Origin: an uncultured Actinomycetes bacterium | GTDB lineage: Bacteria > Actinomycetota > Thermoleophilia > Gaiellales > JAICJC01 | DNA: 64,000 bases | Reading direction: 5' to 3' | Assembly (NCBI GenBank): GCA_963727235.1 | Contig: CAVSFZ010000013.1 | Span: 362-64,361, forward strand | Shown: positions 9,591-18,643 of the stretch, one piece after another | Numbering within the stretch: position 1 is the first letter of the stretch | Layout: every line of letters begins with the position of its first letter | Translations under genes and position numbers: made by a program | The notes under the pieces: generated by a model | Seen by the model: only the letters and a program-made list of their open reading frames with translations | Told to the model about the DNA's origin: nothing | Database searches by the model: none

Positions 9591-10768
9591 ACCTCGATCA
9601 GCTCCTCGGGCGCAGTGGTGAGCGTGTCGTAGCCGGCGGCGGTGACGGCGTAGGTGTTCTCGATCCCCACCGCCCCCCGATCAGTGAACACGAACTTTGG
9701 CTCGATCGCCACCACGTTTCCCTCCACCAGCGGTTGATTGAACCCCGGCGCGAGCACCGGCGTCTCGTCCACCTCCATGCCGATCCCGTGGCCGAGGAAG
9801 CGAACACGGGAGGCTCCCGCGCCCATGAAGTGTTCCTCCAGCCCGGCGTCGGCGGCCATCCGCTCGGCCAGGCCGAACAGCTCTGCCGGCACCGCCCCGG
9901 GACGCAGCTCGGCCTCGACGGCTCGCAGGATCGCCACCGAGACGTCGTAGGCGGCCCGGACCTCGGGCGTGACGGGTCCAATTGCGAAGGTGCGGGTCTG
10001 ATCGGCCAGCCAGCCGTTCCAGGCTCCCACCACATCCACGATCACCGGGTCGCCGACAGCCAATGGCCGGCTGCCCGCGCCCTTGCCGATCACCGGGTTG
10101 GGACCCGACCCGCACAGCGGGGAGTCTGAGTATCCCGGCACCGCCCCACCGGCGCCGCTGAGCACCTGGCCGTAGTGCAGCTCCTGGTTGAACCCGCGGT
10201 AGCGCATCAGGCCCTGGTGGCCCGCCTTTCGCAGCAAACTCTCAACCTCTACTTGAACCTGAGTTTCTGTCAGCCCCGGCCGCAGCAGCTCCGGCACCGC
10301 GCGGGTCGCCCGATCCACCTGGGCGGCGGCCACCCGCATGTCGGCGATGTCCTGCGGGCTTTTGCGCGCGCGCACCGCCGCGACCGCCGACGACGCGTCC
10401 TCGATGCGATATCCATCCAGCCGGCGGACGTACCCGAGGTAGGTGGACGCCCGCAGCACGTCCAACTCGAACCCGATCCGTGCACCCGCCTCCAGCCCGG
10501 CTTCGGCCAATGCCGGCGCCAGCCCCGACAGCGACCGCAGCGAGTCGATCCGAGCCAGCGGCGACTCCTCCCGCGCCCGCTCCAAGGTGCGCCGCACGAG
10601 CAGGCGCGGCTCGCCTGAGGCAGGCACGATCAGGTGGGCCTGCTGGTTGCTTCCGGTGAAGTAGGCCAGATCGGTGTTCTGCACGATCACGGCGCCGTCC
10701 AGCCCGCCCGCAGCCAGTTCTGCGCGCAGGGAAACCAGCCGCTGTTCGATCCGCTCCGCCGAGATCAT
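9587..10768 (-). CDS. M24-family Xaa-Pro aminopeptidase
   Basis: Creatinase/prolidase-like N-terminal domain plus the pita-bread motif HGIGMEVDE. The start is moved to ATG 10768 (MISAERIEQ...) because the upstream part of the track ORF lacks homology. The stop overlaps the ACAD start by 4 nt. Confidence 0.8.
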   Translation of the reverse strand: MISAERIEQRLVSLRAELAAGGLDGAVIVQNTDLAYFTGSNQQAHLIVPASGEPRLLVRRTLERAREESPLARIDSLRSLSGLAPALAEAGLEAGARIGFELDVLRASTYLGYVRRLDGYRIEDASSAVAAVRARKSPQDIADMRVAAAQVDRATRAVPELLRPGLTETQVQVEVESLLRKAGHQGLMRYRGFNQELHYGQVLSGAGGAVPGYSDSPLCGSGPNPVIGKGAGSRPLAVGDPVIVDVVGAWNGWLADQTRTFAIGPVTPEVRAAYDVSVAILRAVEAELRPGAVPAELFGLAERMAADAGLEEHFMGAGASRVRFLGHGIGMEVDETPVLAPGFNQPLVEGNVVAIEPKFVFTDRGAVGIENTYAVTAAGYDTLTTAPEELIEV

Positions 10769-10786
10769 GGGGTTACGATACCGGCC

Positions 10787-12421
10787 ATGACCGCTGACCT
10801 GATCCTGGAGAACGGGGTCGTCCACACCGTCGACGCGACTCGCCGAGTCGCCTCCTGCGTGGCGGTCAGCGACGGCCGCATCGTGTCCGTGGGCGACTCG
10901 CAGGCGATCGCCGAGCAGCGCGGGCCGAACACGCGCGCGATCGACATGCAGGGCGGAATGCTCCTGCCCGGCTTTCAGGACGCCCACGCCCATCCGGCCC
11001 AGTCAGGTCACGGCATGACCCAATGCGCACTGCAGGGGATCGAGGGGCGCGAGCAGACCTGCCTCACGATCGGCGCCTACGCGCGCGCACATCCCGACAA
11101 GGAATGGATTCTCGGCAGCGGCTGGTCGATGGGCGACTTCCCCGGAGGCCTGCCCACGCGTGAGCAGCTGGATGAGCTCGTGCCCGACCGCCCGGCCGCC
11201 CTGATCAACCGCGACTACCACGGCATGTGGGTCAACAGCCGCGCGCTGGAGTTGATCGGGGTCACCGATTCCACCCCCGACCCCGAGGGCGGTCGAATCG
11301 AGCGCGACGCCTCGGGGCGCGCGACCGGGGTGTTGCAGGAGCTGGCCCAGCACCTCGCCATGGCCGTGTTCCCGACGGTGACGGTGGACGACTACGCGCA
11401 CGGCATCAAGCTCGCCCAGGAGTACTACTTCAGCCTCGGCATCACCGCCTGGGCGGACGCGCTGGTCGGCCCCGACATCCAGGCTGCCTACACCGCGCTG
11501 GCGGAGTCCGGCGAACTCACCGTGCGAGTGCGGGCGATGCTCGGCTGGGAACCGGGCGAGGACATCGACCAGCTGGAAGAGCTGATCGAGCGCCGGGCCG
11601 CGGGCAGCGTCGGGCGGCTGGTGTGTGACGAGGTCAAATTCTTCCACGACGGAGTCTTCGAGAACTTCACCGCGGCGATGCTGGATCCGTATCTCGACTC
11701 CTCCGGCGTCCCCGGCCAGAGTCGCGGGTTGGACATGTACGACCTGGACGACCTCACCCGATACGTCACCGCCTGCGACGCGGCTGGGTTCCAGGTCCAC
11801 ATCCACGCGCTCGGCAACCGCGCGGTGCGCGAGTGCCTGGACGTGTTCGAGCATGTCCAAAGCCACAACGGCCGCCGCGACTCCCGCCACCACCTGGCCC
11901 ACCTCCAGTTCGTGGACCCAACGGACATTCCGAGGCTGCGACAGCTGAACGTGACCGCCAACGTCACCCCGCTGTGGGCACGCCGGGAGGAGAGCGTCGA
12001 GCTGCTGACCCTGCCGTTTGTGACCGACCAGGTGGCACGCACGATGTATCCGTTTGCCAGCATCCACGCCACCGGCGGGAAGCTCGCGTTCGGCAGTGAC
12101 TGGTCGGTGTCCACCCCGGCTCCGCTGGAGCAGCTGTCCACCGCCGTGAATCGCCGCGATCCCCACCGGGGCACCGGCGAGCCGCTGTTCATCGAGGAGG
12201 CGCTCGACCTGGAGACGGCGATCGCCGCACAGACCATCAACGCTGCCTACGTCGGCTGCATCGACCAACTGACGGGCAGCATCGAGCCTGGCAAGCTGGC
12301 CGACCTGGTGCTGCTCGACCGCGACCTGTTTGCCGCCGGAAGCGACGGGATCGCCGACGCCCACACGCTGATGACGTTCTCCGAAGGCGACGTCGTGTAC
12401 GCCGCCGACGGCTGGTCGTGA
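10787..12421 (+). CDS. YtcJ-like metal-dependent amidohydrolase
   Basis: N-terminal DLILENGVVHTVD and the HxH motif in GFQDAHAHP. Start trimmed to ATG 10787. Confidence 0.8.
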   Translation: MTADLILENGVVHTVDATRRVASCVAVSDGRIVSVGDSQAIAEQRGPNTRAIDMQGGMLLPGFQDAHAHPAQSGHGMTQCALQGIEGREQTCLTIGAYARAHPDKEWILGSGWSMGDFPGGLPTREQLDELVPDRPAALINRDYHGMWVNSRALELIGVTDSTPDPEGGRIERDASGRATGVLQELAQHLAMAVFPTVTVDDYAHGIKLAQEYYFSLGITAWADALVGPDIQAAYTALAESGELTVRVRAMLGWEPGEDIDQLEELIERRAAGSVGRLVCDEVKFFHDGVFENFTAAMLDPYLDSSGVPGQSRGLDMYDLDDLTRYVTACDAAGFQVHIHALGNRAVRECLDVFEHVQSHNGRRDSRHHLAHLQFVDPTDIPRLRQLNVTANVTPLWARREESVELLTLPFVTDQVARTMYPFASIHATGGKLAFGSDWSVSTPAPLEQLSTAVNRRDPHRGTGEPLFIEEALDLETAIAAQTINAAYVGCIDQLTGSIEPGKLADLVLLDRDLFAAGSDGIADAHTLMTFSEGDVVYAADGWS

Positions 12422-13893
12422 TCCTCGAAAACGGGTCGATCTACACCCTCGACCCGCGGCTCCCGCGAGTGCGTGCGCTGTCGCTGGCCGGCCCCCTGGT
12501 GGTGGGCGGAGTGGACGTGCGTGAGGGTGATGACGACAGTGTGGGCCACGAACGGGTCGACCTGGACGGCCGCTGTGTGCTGCCCGGGTTCTGTGACAGC
12601 CACCTCCATTTTCGGTCATGGGCACTGGCCCGCAGTGAGCTCGACCTGACGGCGTGCGGCTCGCGGGCGGAGGCGCTCACCCACGCCGGCGATGCCGACG
12701 GCGAGGGATGGATCCGGGGCCGCGGCTGGCGGGCGGCGGCGTGGTCAGACGGCGCCCCGTCGGCGGCGGTGCTGGACGAGGTCACCGGCGAGCGGCCGGC
12801 GGCCCTCACCGCCCATGACGGGCATACGCTCTGGCTGAACTCGGCGGCGCTTCGATCGGCGGGGATCGAGCATCCCACCGGCATCCTGCAGGAGCGCGAG
12901 GCCTGGGCGTTCCCGCTGCCGGAGCCGTCCCCGCTGGAGGTCTCGCGGGCGGTGCGGGCGACCATGGCCGACGCCAACGCCCGCGGCGTGGTGGCGATCC
13001 TCGATCTCGAGGCCTCCGGGGGGCGCGATCTGTGGCAGCGGCTGGACGCCGACCGGCGCCTGACTCTGCGCGTGCACATGGGGGTTGCCGCGGAGCAGTT
13101 GGGGGCCGCGCGCGCGCTGGAGCTGCGCTCGGGCTTCGGCAGCGAGCTGCTGAAGGTCGGGCCGGTGAAGGTGTTCATGGACGGCACGCTGGGCTCGCAG
13201 ACCGCCTGGATGCTGGACGGCTCCGGCGAGGTGCTGACCACGCAGGCGGAACTCGAGCAGATCGTGCGGGAGGCGGCCGCGGGCGGGCTGGACGTGGCCG
13301 TGCACGCCATCGGCGACGGCGCCAACCGGGCCGCCCTGAACGCCTTCGAAACCACCCGCGAGCGGTGGGAGCAGGCACTGATCCGTCCCCGGATCGAGCA
13401 CGTCCAGTGTCTCGACGATGCCGACCTGGGACGGTTTGCCGATCTCGGCGTGATCGCCTCGATGCAGCCCAGCCACGCCACCTCGGACCGTGACGTGGCC
13501 GATCGTCTGTGGGGCGAGCGGGCCGCCTGCGCGTATCGCACCCGCGACCTGCTCGACTCCGGCGCACACGTGGCCTTCGGCTCAGACGCCCCGGTGGAGC
13601 CGCTCGACCCGCTGGCCGGAATCCACGCCGCCGTCCATCGCACCGCCGACCGGCGCGACCCGTGGTATCCCGAGCAACGCATCCCGGTGGCCGACGCGGT
13701 GCTCGGATTCACGGCGGCAGGGGCCTACGCCGTCGGCGACGAGCGCCGCCGAGGTCTGCTGCTGCCCGGCTACGCGGCTGATCTGGTGGTGCTGGACACC
13801 GACATCATCGCCCAACCGGAGCGGATCTCCCAGGCCCGGGTCGAGGCAACCATGCTGGCGGGGCGATGGGTGCACGGCGCCCCGCCGTGGTGA
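12418..13893 (+). CDS. YtcJ-like metal-dependent amidohydrolase (paralog)
   Basis: ILENGSIYTLD and GFCDSHLHF. GTGA start/stop overlap with the upstream paralog. Confidence 0.8.
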   Translation: MILENGSIYTLDPRLPRVRALSLAGPLVVGGVDVREGDDDSVGHERVDLDGRCVLPGFCDSHLHFRSWALARSELDLTACGSRAEALTHAGDADGEGWIRGRGWRAAAWSDGAPSAAVLDEVTGERPAALTAHDGHTLWLNSAALRSAGIEHPTGILQEREAWAFPLPEPSPLEVSRAVRATMADANARGVVAILDLEASGGRDLWQRLDADRRLTLRVHMGVAAEQLGAARALELRSGFGSELLKVGPVKVFMDGTLGSQTAWMLDGSGEVLTTQAELEQIVREAAAGGLDVAVHAIGDGANRAALNAFETTRERWEQALIRPRIEHVQCLDDADLGRFADLGVIASMQPSHATSDRDVADRLWGERAACAYRTRDLLDSGAHVAFGSDAPVEPLDPLAGIHAAVHRTADRRDPWYPEQRIPVADAVLGFTAAGAYAVGDERRRGLLLPGYAADLVVLDTDIIAQPERISQARVEATMLAGRWVHGAPPW

Positions 13894-13894
13894 G

Positions 13895-14905
13895 TCACCC
13901 GGATTGCAGCTTGGTGCAGGCTGCGCCGCTGGGGTTTTCGAGACACGCGATGAACACCTTGGCGACGGCGCTGTAGGGCCCGTTGGGATCGTTTGCCAGC
14001 ACCTGGCGCATCTGGGCGATCGTGTCCTGCCGATCCTTCAGCCAGAAGAACAGCAGCCCCACATGGAAGCGGATCTCTGAGCTTCGCGGGTGGGCCTGCG
14101 CCAGGGTCATCAGGTTGCCGAGCGAGGTGGCCGTGTTCTCCTTGTCGAATCCGAGCACGTTTGATGCCACCACCGGCGCGATCGCCCCGGGGGCCAGGCT
14201 CTGAGCCCGCTGGGCGGCCGCGATCGCCTTGGCGCGATCGATACCTTGGAGCTTCCAGGCCAGGTTGAGCCAGGCGGTGGCATCATCAGGGTGGTTCTTG
14301 ACCGCTGCCTGCAGCTGAGCCAGCGTGCCCTTGGGCGCGTTTCCGGCGAGCGTGTAGCTGGGATATCCGGGGAACTCCTTGTAATTGAGGAGGTTGTCGG
14401 CTTCGGTGCCGTAGTAGCCGTACATGTCCGCGTGCTTGACGCGCTCGAGCGTGGCCACCGAGTCCTTCACCTGCCCCGCCCAGAACTGGGCGATGCCAAG
14501 CGCCAGCCCGACCGGCAGCGAGCTCTGCGGCAGCCGCTGGAGCGCGTCGATCGTCTGCTGCCGCCGAGCCATCGTGTCGGCGGCCATCAGCTCGGCCACC
14601 CGGATGCGCACATCACCTGCAGGCAACAGCGAGCGGGCAGCCTTCGCCACGGCCGCGGGATCCTGGGGGTCGGCGGTGTTGCCGCCGGGAAGCTTGATCA
14701 CGGCCGGGGGCAGCCCGCTCAGCGGATGGGCCACGGGGGCGGCCTTGGTATCCGAGCCCGCGGTCATCCACACCACTGCGGCCACCGCCAGCCCCGCCAC
14801 CGCGGCAACACCCACGAGCACCAGCAGACGGCGCCTGGAGAGGCCGGGAATACCGGTACCGGGGGGCCCGTTTAACTCATTGACGGCGGAGGGTTTTGGA
14901 TCCAT
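13895..14905 (-). CDS. membrane-anchored helical-repeat (TPR-like) protein, function unknown
   Basis: 336 aa with one N-terminal TM (RRRLLVLVGVAAVAGLAVAAVVW), then an alpha-helical repeat-like sequence. No catalytic motif recognised. Confidence 0.45.
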   Translation of the reverse strand: MDPKPSAVNELNGPPGTGIPGLSRRRLLVLVGVAAVAGLAVAAVVWMTAGSDTKAAPVAHPLSGLPPAVIKLPGGNTADPQDPAAVAKAARSLLPAGDVRIRVAELMAADTMARRQQTIDALQRLPQSSLPVGLALGIAQFWAGQVKDSVATLERVKHADMYGYYGTEADNLLNYKEFPGYPSYTLAGNAPKGTLAQLQAAVKNHPDDATAWLNLAWKLQGIDRAKAIAAAQRAQSLAPGAIAPVVASNVLGFDKENTATSLGNLMTLAQAHPRSSEIRFHVGLLFFWLKDRQDTIAQMRQVLANDPNGPYSAVAKVFIACLENPSGAACTKLQSG

Positions 14906-14984
14906 TCGCTGGCTATACTGACATGAAGAGCACGCATTTTCGGCCCGCGCCTCGGCGTCTGGGCAGGTTGGAACCGAAGGGTAG

Positions 14985-16190
14985 GTGAAACAGGTGATCT
15001 CAGCACGCGATTACCTGGCGAAGGCACGGGGTGAGATCCGTGAGGAGACGGTGCAGGAAGCCGCCGAGCGGCTTCAGCAGACGCCTCCTCCCGCACTGAT
15101 CGACGTTCGCGAACGCCATGAGTACGAGCAGGGATTTATCCCGGGAGCGATTCACATCCCCCGCGGGTTCCTCGAGTCCCGGATCGAGCGCAATGTGCTC
15201 GAACGGTCGACTCCGATCGTGATCTACTGCGCCAGCGGCGAGCGCTCGGTGTATGCCACCAAGACGCTGAATGAGCTGGGCTACACCGACGTGGTCTCGA
15301 TGAAGGGCGGCTTTGCCGGCTGGAAGGAGAACGGCCACGAGTGGAAGGTGCCGCGGGCGCTCACACCCGAGCAGTACGAGCGCTACAGCCGGCACGTGCT
15401 GATCCCCGAGGTCGGTGAGGAGGGGCAGCTGAAGCTGCTCGACTCCAAGGTGCTGCTGATCGGCGCGGGCGGGCTGGGCTCGCCGGCGGCCGTGTATCTG
15501 GCCGCGGCGGGAGTCGGCACCATCGGAGTGATCGATGCCGACGTGGTCGACGTCTCCAACCTTCAGCGGCAGATCGTGCACACCGTCGACCGGGTGGGAA
15601 TGAACAAGGTCGATTCGGCCGAGATCGCGATTAAGGGCATCAACCCCGAGGTCAACGTCGTCAAGTACACCGAGCGGCTGACGTCCGAGAACGTGCTTTC
15701 GGTGATCACTGGGTATGACGTGATCGTGGACGGCACCGACAACTTCCCAACGCGCTATCTGCTGAACGACGCCAGCCTGGTGGCCGGAATCCCGGTCGTG
15801 CACGGCTCGATCTATCAGTTCGAGGGGTCGGTGACCGTGTACAAGCCCTACGAGGGCCCGTGCTACCGCTGCCAGTACCCCGAGCCGCCGCCGCCCGAGC
15901 TGGCGCCGTCGTGCGCCGAGGGCGGAGTGCTGGGGATCCTGCCCGGTGTGATCGGCTCGCTGCAGGCCACCGAGGCAGTCAAGCTGCTGCTTGGCATCGG
16001 CACCCCGCTGATCGGCCGGCAGCTTCGCTACGACGCGCTCGAGATGGAGTTCGTCGAGCTCAAGATGCGACGCGATCCCGAGTGCCCGGTGTGCAGCAAG
16101 GATCCGTCCGAGATCGAATTCATCGACTACGAACAGTTCTGCGCGCTGCCCTCCCGGGCTGCAAATCCCGCGAAGGAGGCGGTAGCTTGA
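14985..16190 (+). CDS. rhodanese-ThiF/MoeB fusion, E1-like sulfur-carrier adenylyltransferase/sulfurtransferase
   Basis: N-terminal rhodanese domain with active-site loop YCASGERS. This is followed by the ThiF/MoeB nucleotide-binding motif LLIGAGGLGSP..DxDxVxxSNLQRQ and CxxC pairs (CYRC, CPVC). Confidence 0.85.
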   Translation: MKQVISARDYLAKARGEIREETVQEAAERLQQTPPPALIDVRERHEYEQGFIPGAIHIPRGFLESRIERNVLERSTPIVIYCASGERSVYATKTLNELGYTDVVSMKGGFAGWKENGHEWKVPRALTPEQYERYSRHVLIPEVGEEGQLKLLDSKVLLIGAGGLGSPAAVYLAAAGVGTIGVIDADVVDVSNLQRQIVHTVDRVGMNKVDSAEIAIKGINPEVNVVKYTERLTSENVLSVITGYDVIVDGTDNFPTRYLLNDASLVAGIPVVHGSIYQFEGSVTVYKPYEGPCYRCQYPEPPPPELAPSCAEGGVLGILPGVIGSLQATEAVKLLLGIGTPLIGRQLRYDALEMEFVELKMRRDPECPVCSKDPSEIEFIDYEQFCALPSRAANPAKEAVA

Positions 16191-16471
16191 GTACGGTTCG
16201 AATGCCCCCGATTCTGCGCCAGGCGGTCGGCGGCGCCCGCGAAGTCGACGCCTCGGGCGCGACTGTGCGAGAGCTGCTGGGCGACCTCACCACCCGGTAT
16301 CCGGCCATCAAGGGTCACCTGCTGGACGATGGCGGCGATCTCAACCGGTTCGTGAACGTGTACGTGAACAACGAGGACGTTCGGCTTGGCGATGGTCTCG
16401 AGACGGCTGTGGAGCCCGATTCGACCGTGATCGTGCTGCCGGCCATGGCCGGCGGAGCTGCCAACCGATGA
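16187..16471 (+). CDS. cysO: ThiS/MoaD-fold sulfur carrier (CysO-like) with GG followed by a 4-residue tail
   Basis: Sequence LSTVRMPPILRQAVGG...VIVLPAMAGGAANR. TTG 16187 lies 7 nt after the SD-like GAAGGAGG and overlaps the upstream stop (TTGA). ATG 16202 is an alternative start. Confidence 0.75.
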   Translation: MSTVRMPPILRQAVGGAREVDASGATVRELLGDLTTRYPAIKGHLLDDGGDLNRFVNVYVNNEDVRLGDGLETAVEPDSTVIVLPAMAGGAANR

Positions 16472-17424
16472 GCTGCCTCAAGGTTGAACGCGGAGCGGCA
16501 CTCTCGGCAGTCGGCAACACGCCGCTGATCGAGCTTCCGCGGATGGCACCCCACGAGGGGGTCAGGATCTACGCCAAGCTCGAGGAGCAGAATCCCACCG
16601 GGTCGGTCAAGGACCGGGTCGCGTTGCAGATGATCGAGGTGGCCGAGGAGACGGGCGAGCTCGAGCCGGGCCAGCAGATCCTCGAGCCCACGTCGGGTAA
16701 CACCGGCATCGCCCTGGCCATGATCGGCAAGGTCAAGGGCTACCCGGTCAGCGTCGTGATGCCAGAGTCGGCAACCCCCGAGCGGGTCGAGCTGCTGCGC
16801 ATGTACGGGGCCAACATCATCTTCTCGCCCGGCAATCTCGGATCGAACGGCGCGGTGGCCAAGGCCCGCGAGATGGCCGAGGCCGATCCCAGCCTGTACA
16901 TGCCGTTCCAGTACGCGAATGAGGCCAATCCGGCTGCCCACTACTGCGGCACCGCGCTGGAGATCCTCGATCAGGTACCCGACGGACGCGTCGACGCGTT
17001 CGTGGCTGGTTTGGGGACCGGCGGCACGCTGATGGGCTGCGGCCGGCGTTTGCGTGAGGCCAACCCGACGGTGCAGATCGTCGCCGCCGAGCCGCTCCAG
17101 GGCGATCCGGTGATGGGCCTTCGCAGCCTCGAGGACGGCTATACGCCGCCGATCCTGGACATCACCCAGCTCGATCGCAAGGTGCTGGTGTCAAACGGCG
17201 AGGCGGTGTTGGCCCTGCGCAAGCTGCTCGACCTGGAAGGCGTCTTCGCCGGAGTCTCGGCGGGGGCCGCGCTGGCGGTTGCCCGCAAGGTGGCCGCAGA
17301 GATGGTGGAAGGAAACGTGGTCGTGCTGTTCGCCGACGGCGGCTCCAAGTACATGAGCGCCGGCCTCTACACCACTCCCACCGAGCAGCTCGAACGCGAG
17401 ATGGAAGAACGCGTCTGGTGGTGA
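16468..17424 (+). CDS. cysM: PLP-dependent cysteine synthase (CysM-type)
   Basis: GNTPLIELPRM, PLP lysine context NPTGSVKDR, and TSGNTGIALA. ATGA overlap with the carrier gene. Confidence 0.85.
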   Translation: MSCLKVERGAALSAVGNTPLIELPRMAPHEGVRIYAKLEEQNPTGSVKDRVALQMIEVAEETGELEPGQQILEPTSGNTGIALAMIGKVKGYPVSVVMPESATPERVELLRMYGANIIFSPGNLGSNGAVAKAREMAEADPSLYMPFQYANEANPAAHYCGTALEILDQVPDGRVDAFVAGLGTGGTLMGCGRRLREANPTVQIVAAEPLQGDPVMGLRSLEDGYTPPILDITQLDRKVLVSNGEAVLALRKLLDLEGVFAGVSAGAALAVARKVAAEMVEGNVVVLFADGGSKYMSAGLYTTPTEQLEREMEERVWW

Positions 17425-17810
17425 TTCCCGCGGACGTGCGCGACGCCATCGTCGCCCATGCCCGCGCCGGACTCCCGAACGAAGCGTGCGGGATCCTGGC
17501 CGGGGCCGATGGGCGGGTGGAGCGCTTCTTCCCGGCTGAGTCGGACGAGCCCAGCCCCTACTACTACCGGATCGAGTCGCGCGACCAGATCCGGATCATG
17601 AACGAGATCGAGGACGCCGGGCTGGATCTGATCGGGATCTACCACTCGCACGTGTCCTCGCCGGCCTATCCCAGCCGTACCGACGCCGAACAGGCATTCT
17701 GGCCCGACGCGGTGTACGTGATCGTCTCCCTGGCGGGCGCCGAGGCCGACCTCAGGGGCTACCGCATCGCCGACATGGTCGCCACCGAAGAGCCGCTCCA
17801 GTATGAATAA
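17418..17810 (+). CDS. mec: JAMM/MPN+ metalloprotease (Mec-like)
   Basis: 130 aa with the JAMM motif GIYHSHVSSPAYPSRTD and upstream NEACG. 7-nt overlap with cysM. Confidence 0.85.
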   Translation: MVIPADVRDAIVAHARAGLPNEACGILAGADGRVERFFPAESDEPSPYYYRIESRDQIRIMNEIEDAGLDLIGIYHSHVSSPAYPSRTDAEQAFWPDAVYVIVSLAGAEADLRGYRIADMVATEEPLQYE

Positions 17811-17834
17811 AAGGTGCCAGGCACCTTTTATTCA
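17804..17834. terminator. 31-nt perfect palindrome TGAATAAAAGGTGCC-A-GGCACCTTTTATTCA, putative bidirectional terminator (copy 1 of 3)
   Basis: 15-bp arms around one central nt. It contains the TAA stop of mec (17808-17810) and the TGA stop of the convergent lrp-like gene (17832-17834, minus strand). Confidence 0.6.
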
Positions 17835-18329
17835 CGCCTGAGCTTCGCGGACGTTGACGTCCGGCGTGACCGGCGTCACCGGGCGGCCTTCGAACTCTGT
17901 GCCGAGGACGATCACGGTCTTGGTGCGCTCCACCGACTCGAGTGCCCGGATCTCCCAGATGAAGTGCTCCAGGGCGCGCATCGACTCGCCTCGCACCTTG
18001 AGCATGATGCTCTCCTCACCCGCGATGTGGTGGCACTCCTCGACCCACGGCATCGACTCGAACTCGCCCTCCAGCGAATCTCTGGGGCTGGCGGTCTGGG
18101 TCACCAGGATGAACGCGGTCACACCGGAGCCGACCATCTCGGGATTGACCACAGCCCGGTAGCCGACGATCACACCGCGGGCCTCGAGCTTCTTGACCCG
18201 CTCGTGTACCGCGGCCGGTGAGAGGCCGACCTGCTGAGCGATGTGGGCGAATGTGGCTCGCCCGTCCCGCTGGAGCTCGGCAATGATGGCCAGGTCGGTG
18301 TCGTTGAGATCCTTCAACGTCCGAAACAT
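17832..18329 (-). CDS. Lrp/AsnC-family transcriptional regulator
   Basis: HTH region DLAIIAELQRDGRATFAHIAQQVGLSPAAVHERVKKLE plus a C-terminal RAM/AsnC domain. Start placed at MFRTLKD (18329); the track ORF extends to 18362. Confidence 0.8.
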   Translation of the reverse strand: MFRTLKDLNDTDLAIIAELQRDGRATFAHIAQQVGLSPAAVHERVKKLEARGVIVGYRAVVNPEMVGSGVTAFILVTQTASPRDSLEGEFESMPWVEECHHIAGEESIMLKVRGESMRALEHFIWEIRALESVERTKTVIVLGTEFEGRPVTPVTPDVNVREAQA

Positions 18330-18364
18330 ACCCCCGCACGCCGGACACAAGTACAGTTCCACCC

Positions 18365-18643
18365 ATGGCGGTACTGACAGACGTACAACTGGACTCAGCG
18401 CTGGCAGACCTGGACGGGTGGGAAGCCCGCGACGGAGCGTTGCGGAAACGGTACGAGTTCGCTGATTTCGCCGCCGCCTTGGCGTACGCCAACCGCGTCG
18501 GGGAGGCCGCCGAGGCGGCCGACCATCATCCCGATCTGATGGTGGGCTGGGGTCAGGTCGAGGTGAGCTGGGTCACCCACTCCGCGGGTGGCATCACCGA
18601 GAACGACGTCGCCATGGCCCACCGCAGCGACGGGCTCGTCTAG
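18365..18643 (+). CDS. pterin-4a-carbinolamine dehydratase (PCD/DCoH)
   Basis: 92 aa with W..R...L.K.Y.F.DF..A..........AE...HHPD...GWG.V.V.W.TH, as in the PCD family. Confidence 0.85.
   Translation: MAVLTDVQLDSALADLDGWEARDGALRKRYEFADFAAALAYANRVGEAAEAADHHPDLMVGWGQVEVSWVTHSAGGITENDVAMAHRSDGLV

Noticed and set aside
14881-14920. TTGACG ... TATACT as a sigma-70-type promoter for the cysteine operon
   Set aside because: The spacing between the hexamers is 28 nt, and no alternative -35 sits at 16-19 nt. The TATACT box alone is not enough to call a promoter.
17814-18221. Three ORFs that all begin MPGTFYS... (17814-18221 +, 28110-28808 +, 27734-28120 -), which looks like a repeated gene family
   Set aside because: The shared N-terminus is simply the translation of the conserved palindrome arm (GGCACCTTTTATTCA read through). 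The rest of each ORF is antisense to lrp, lgt or the GGDEF gene.
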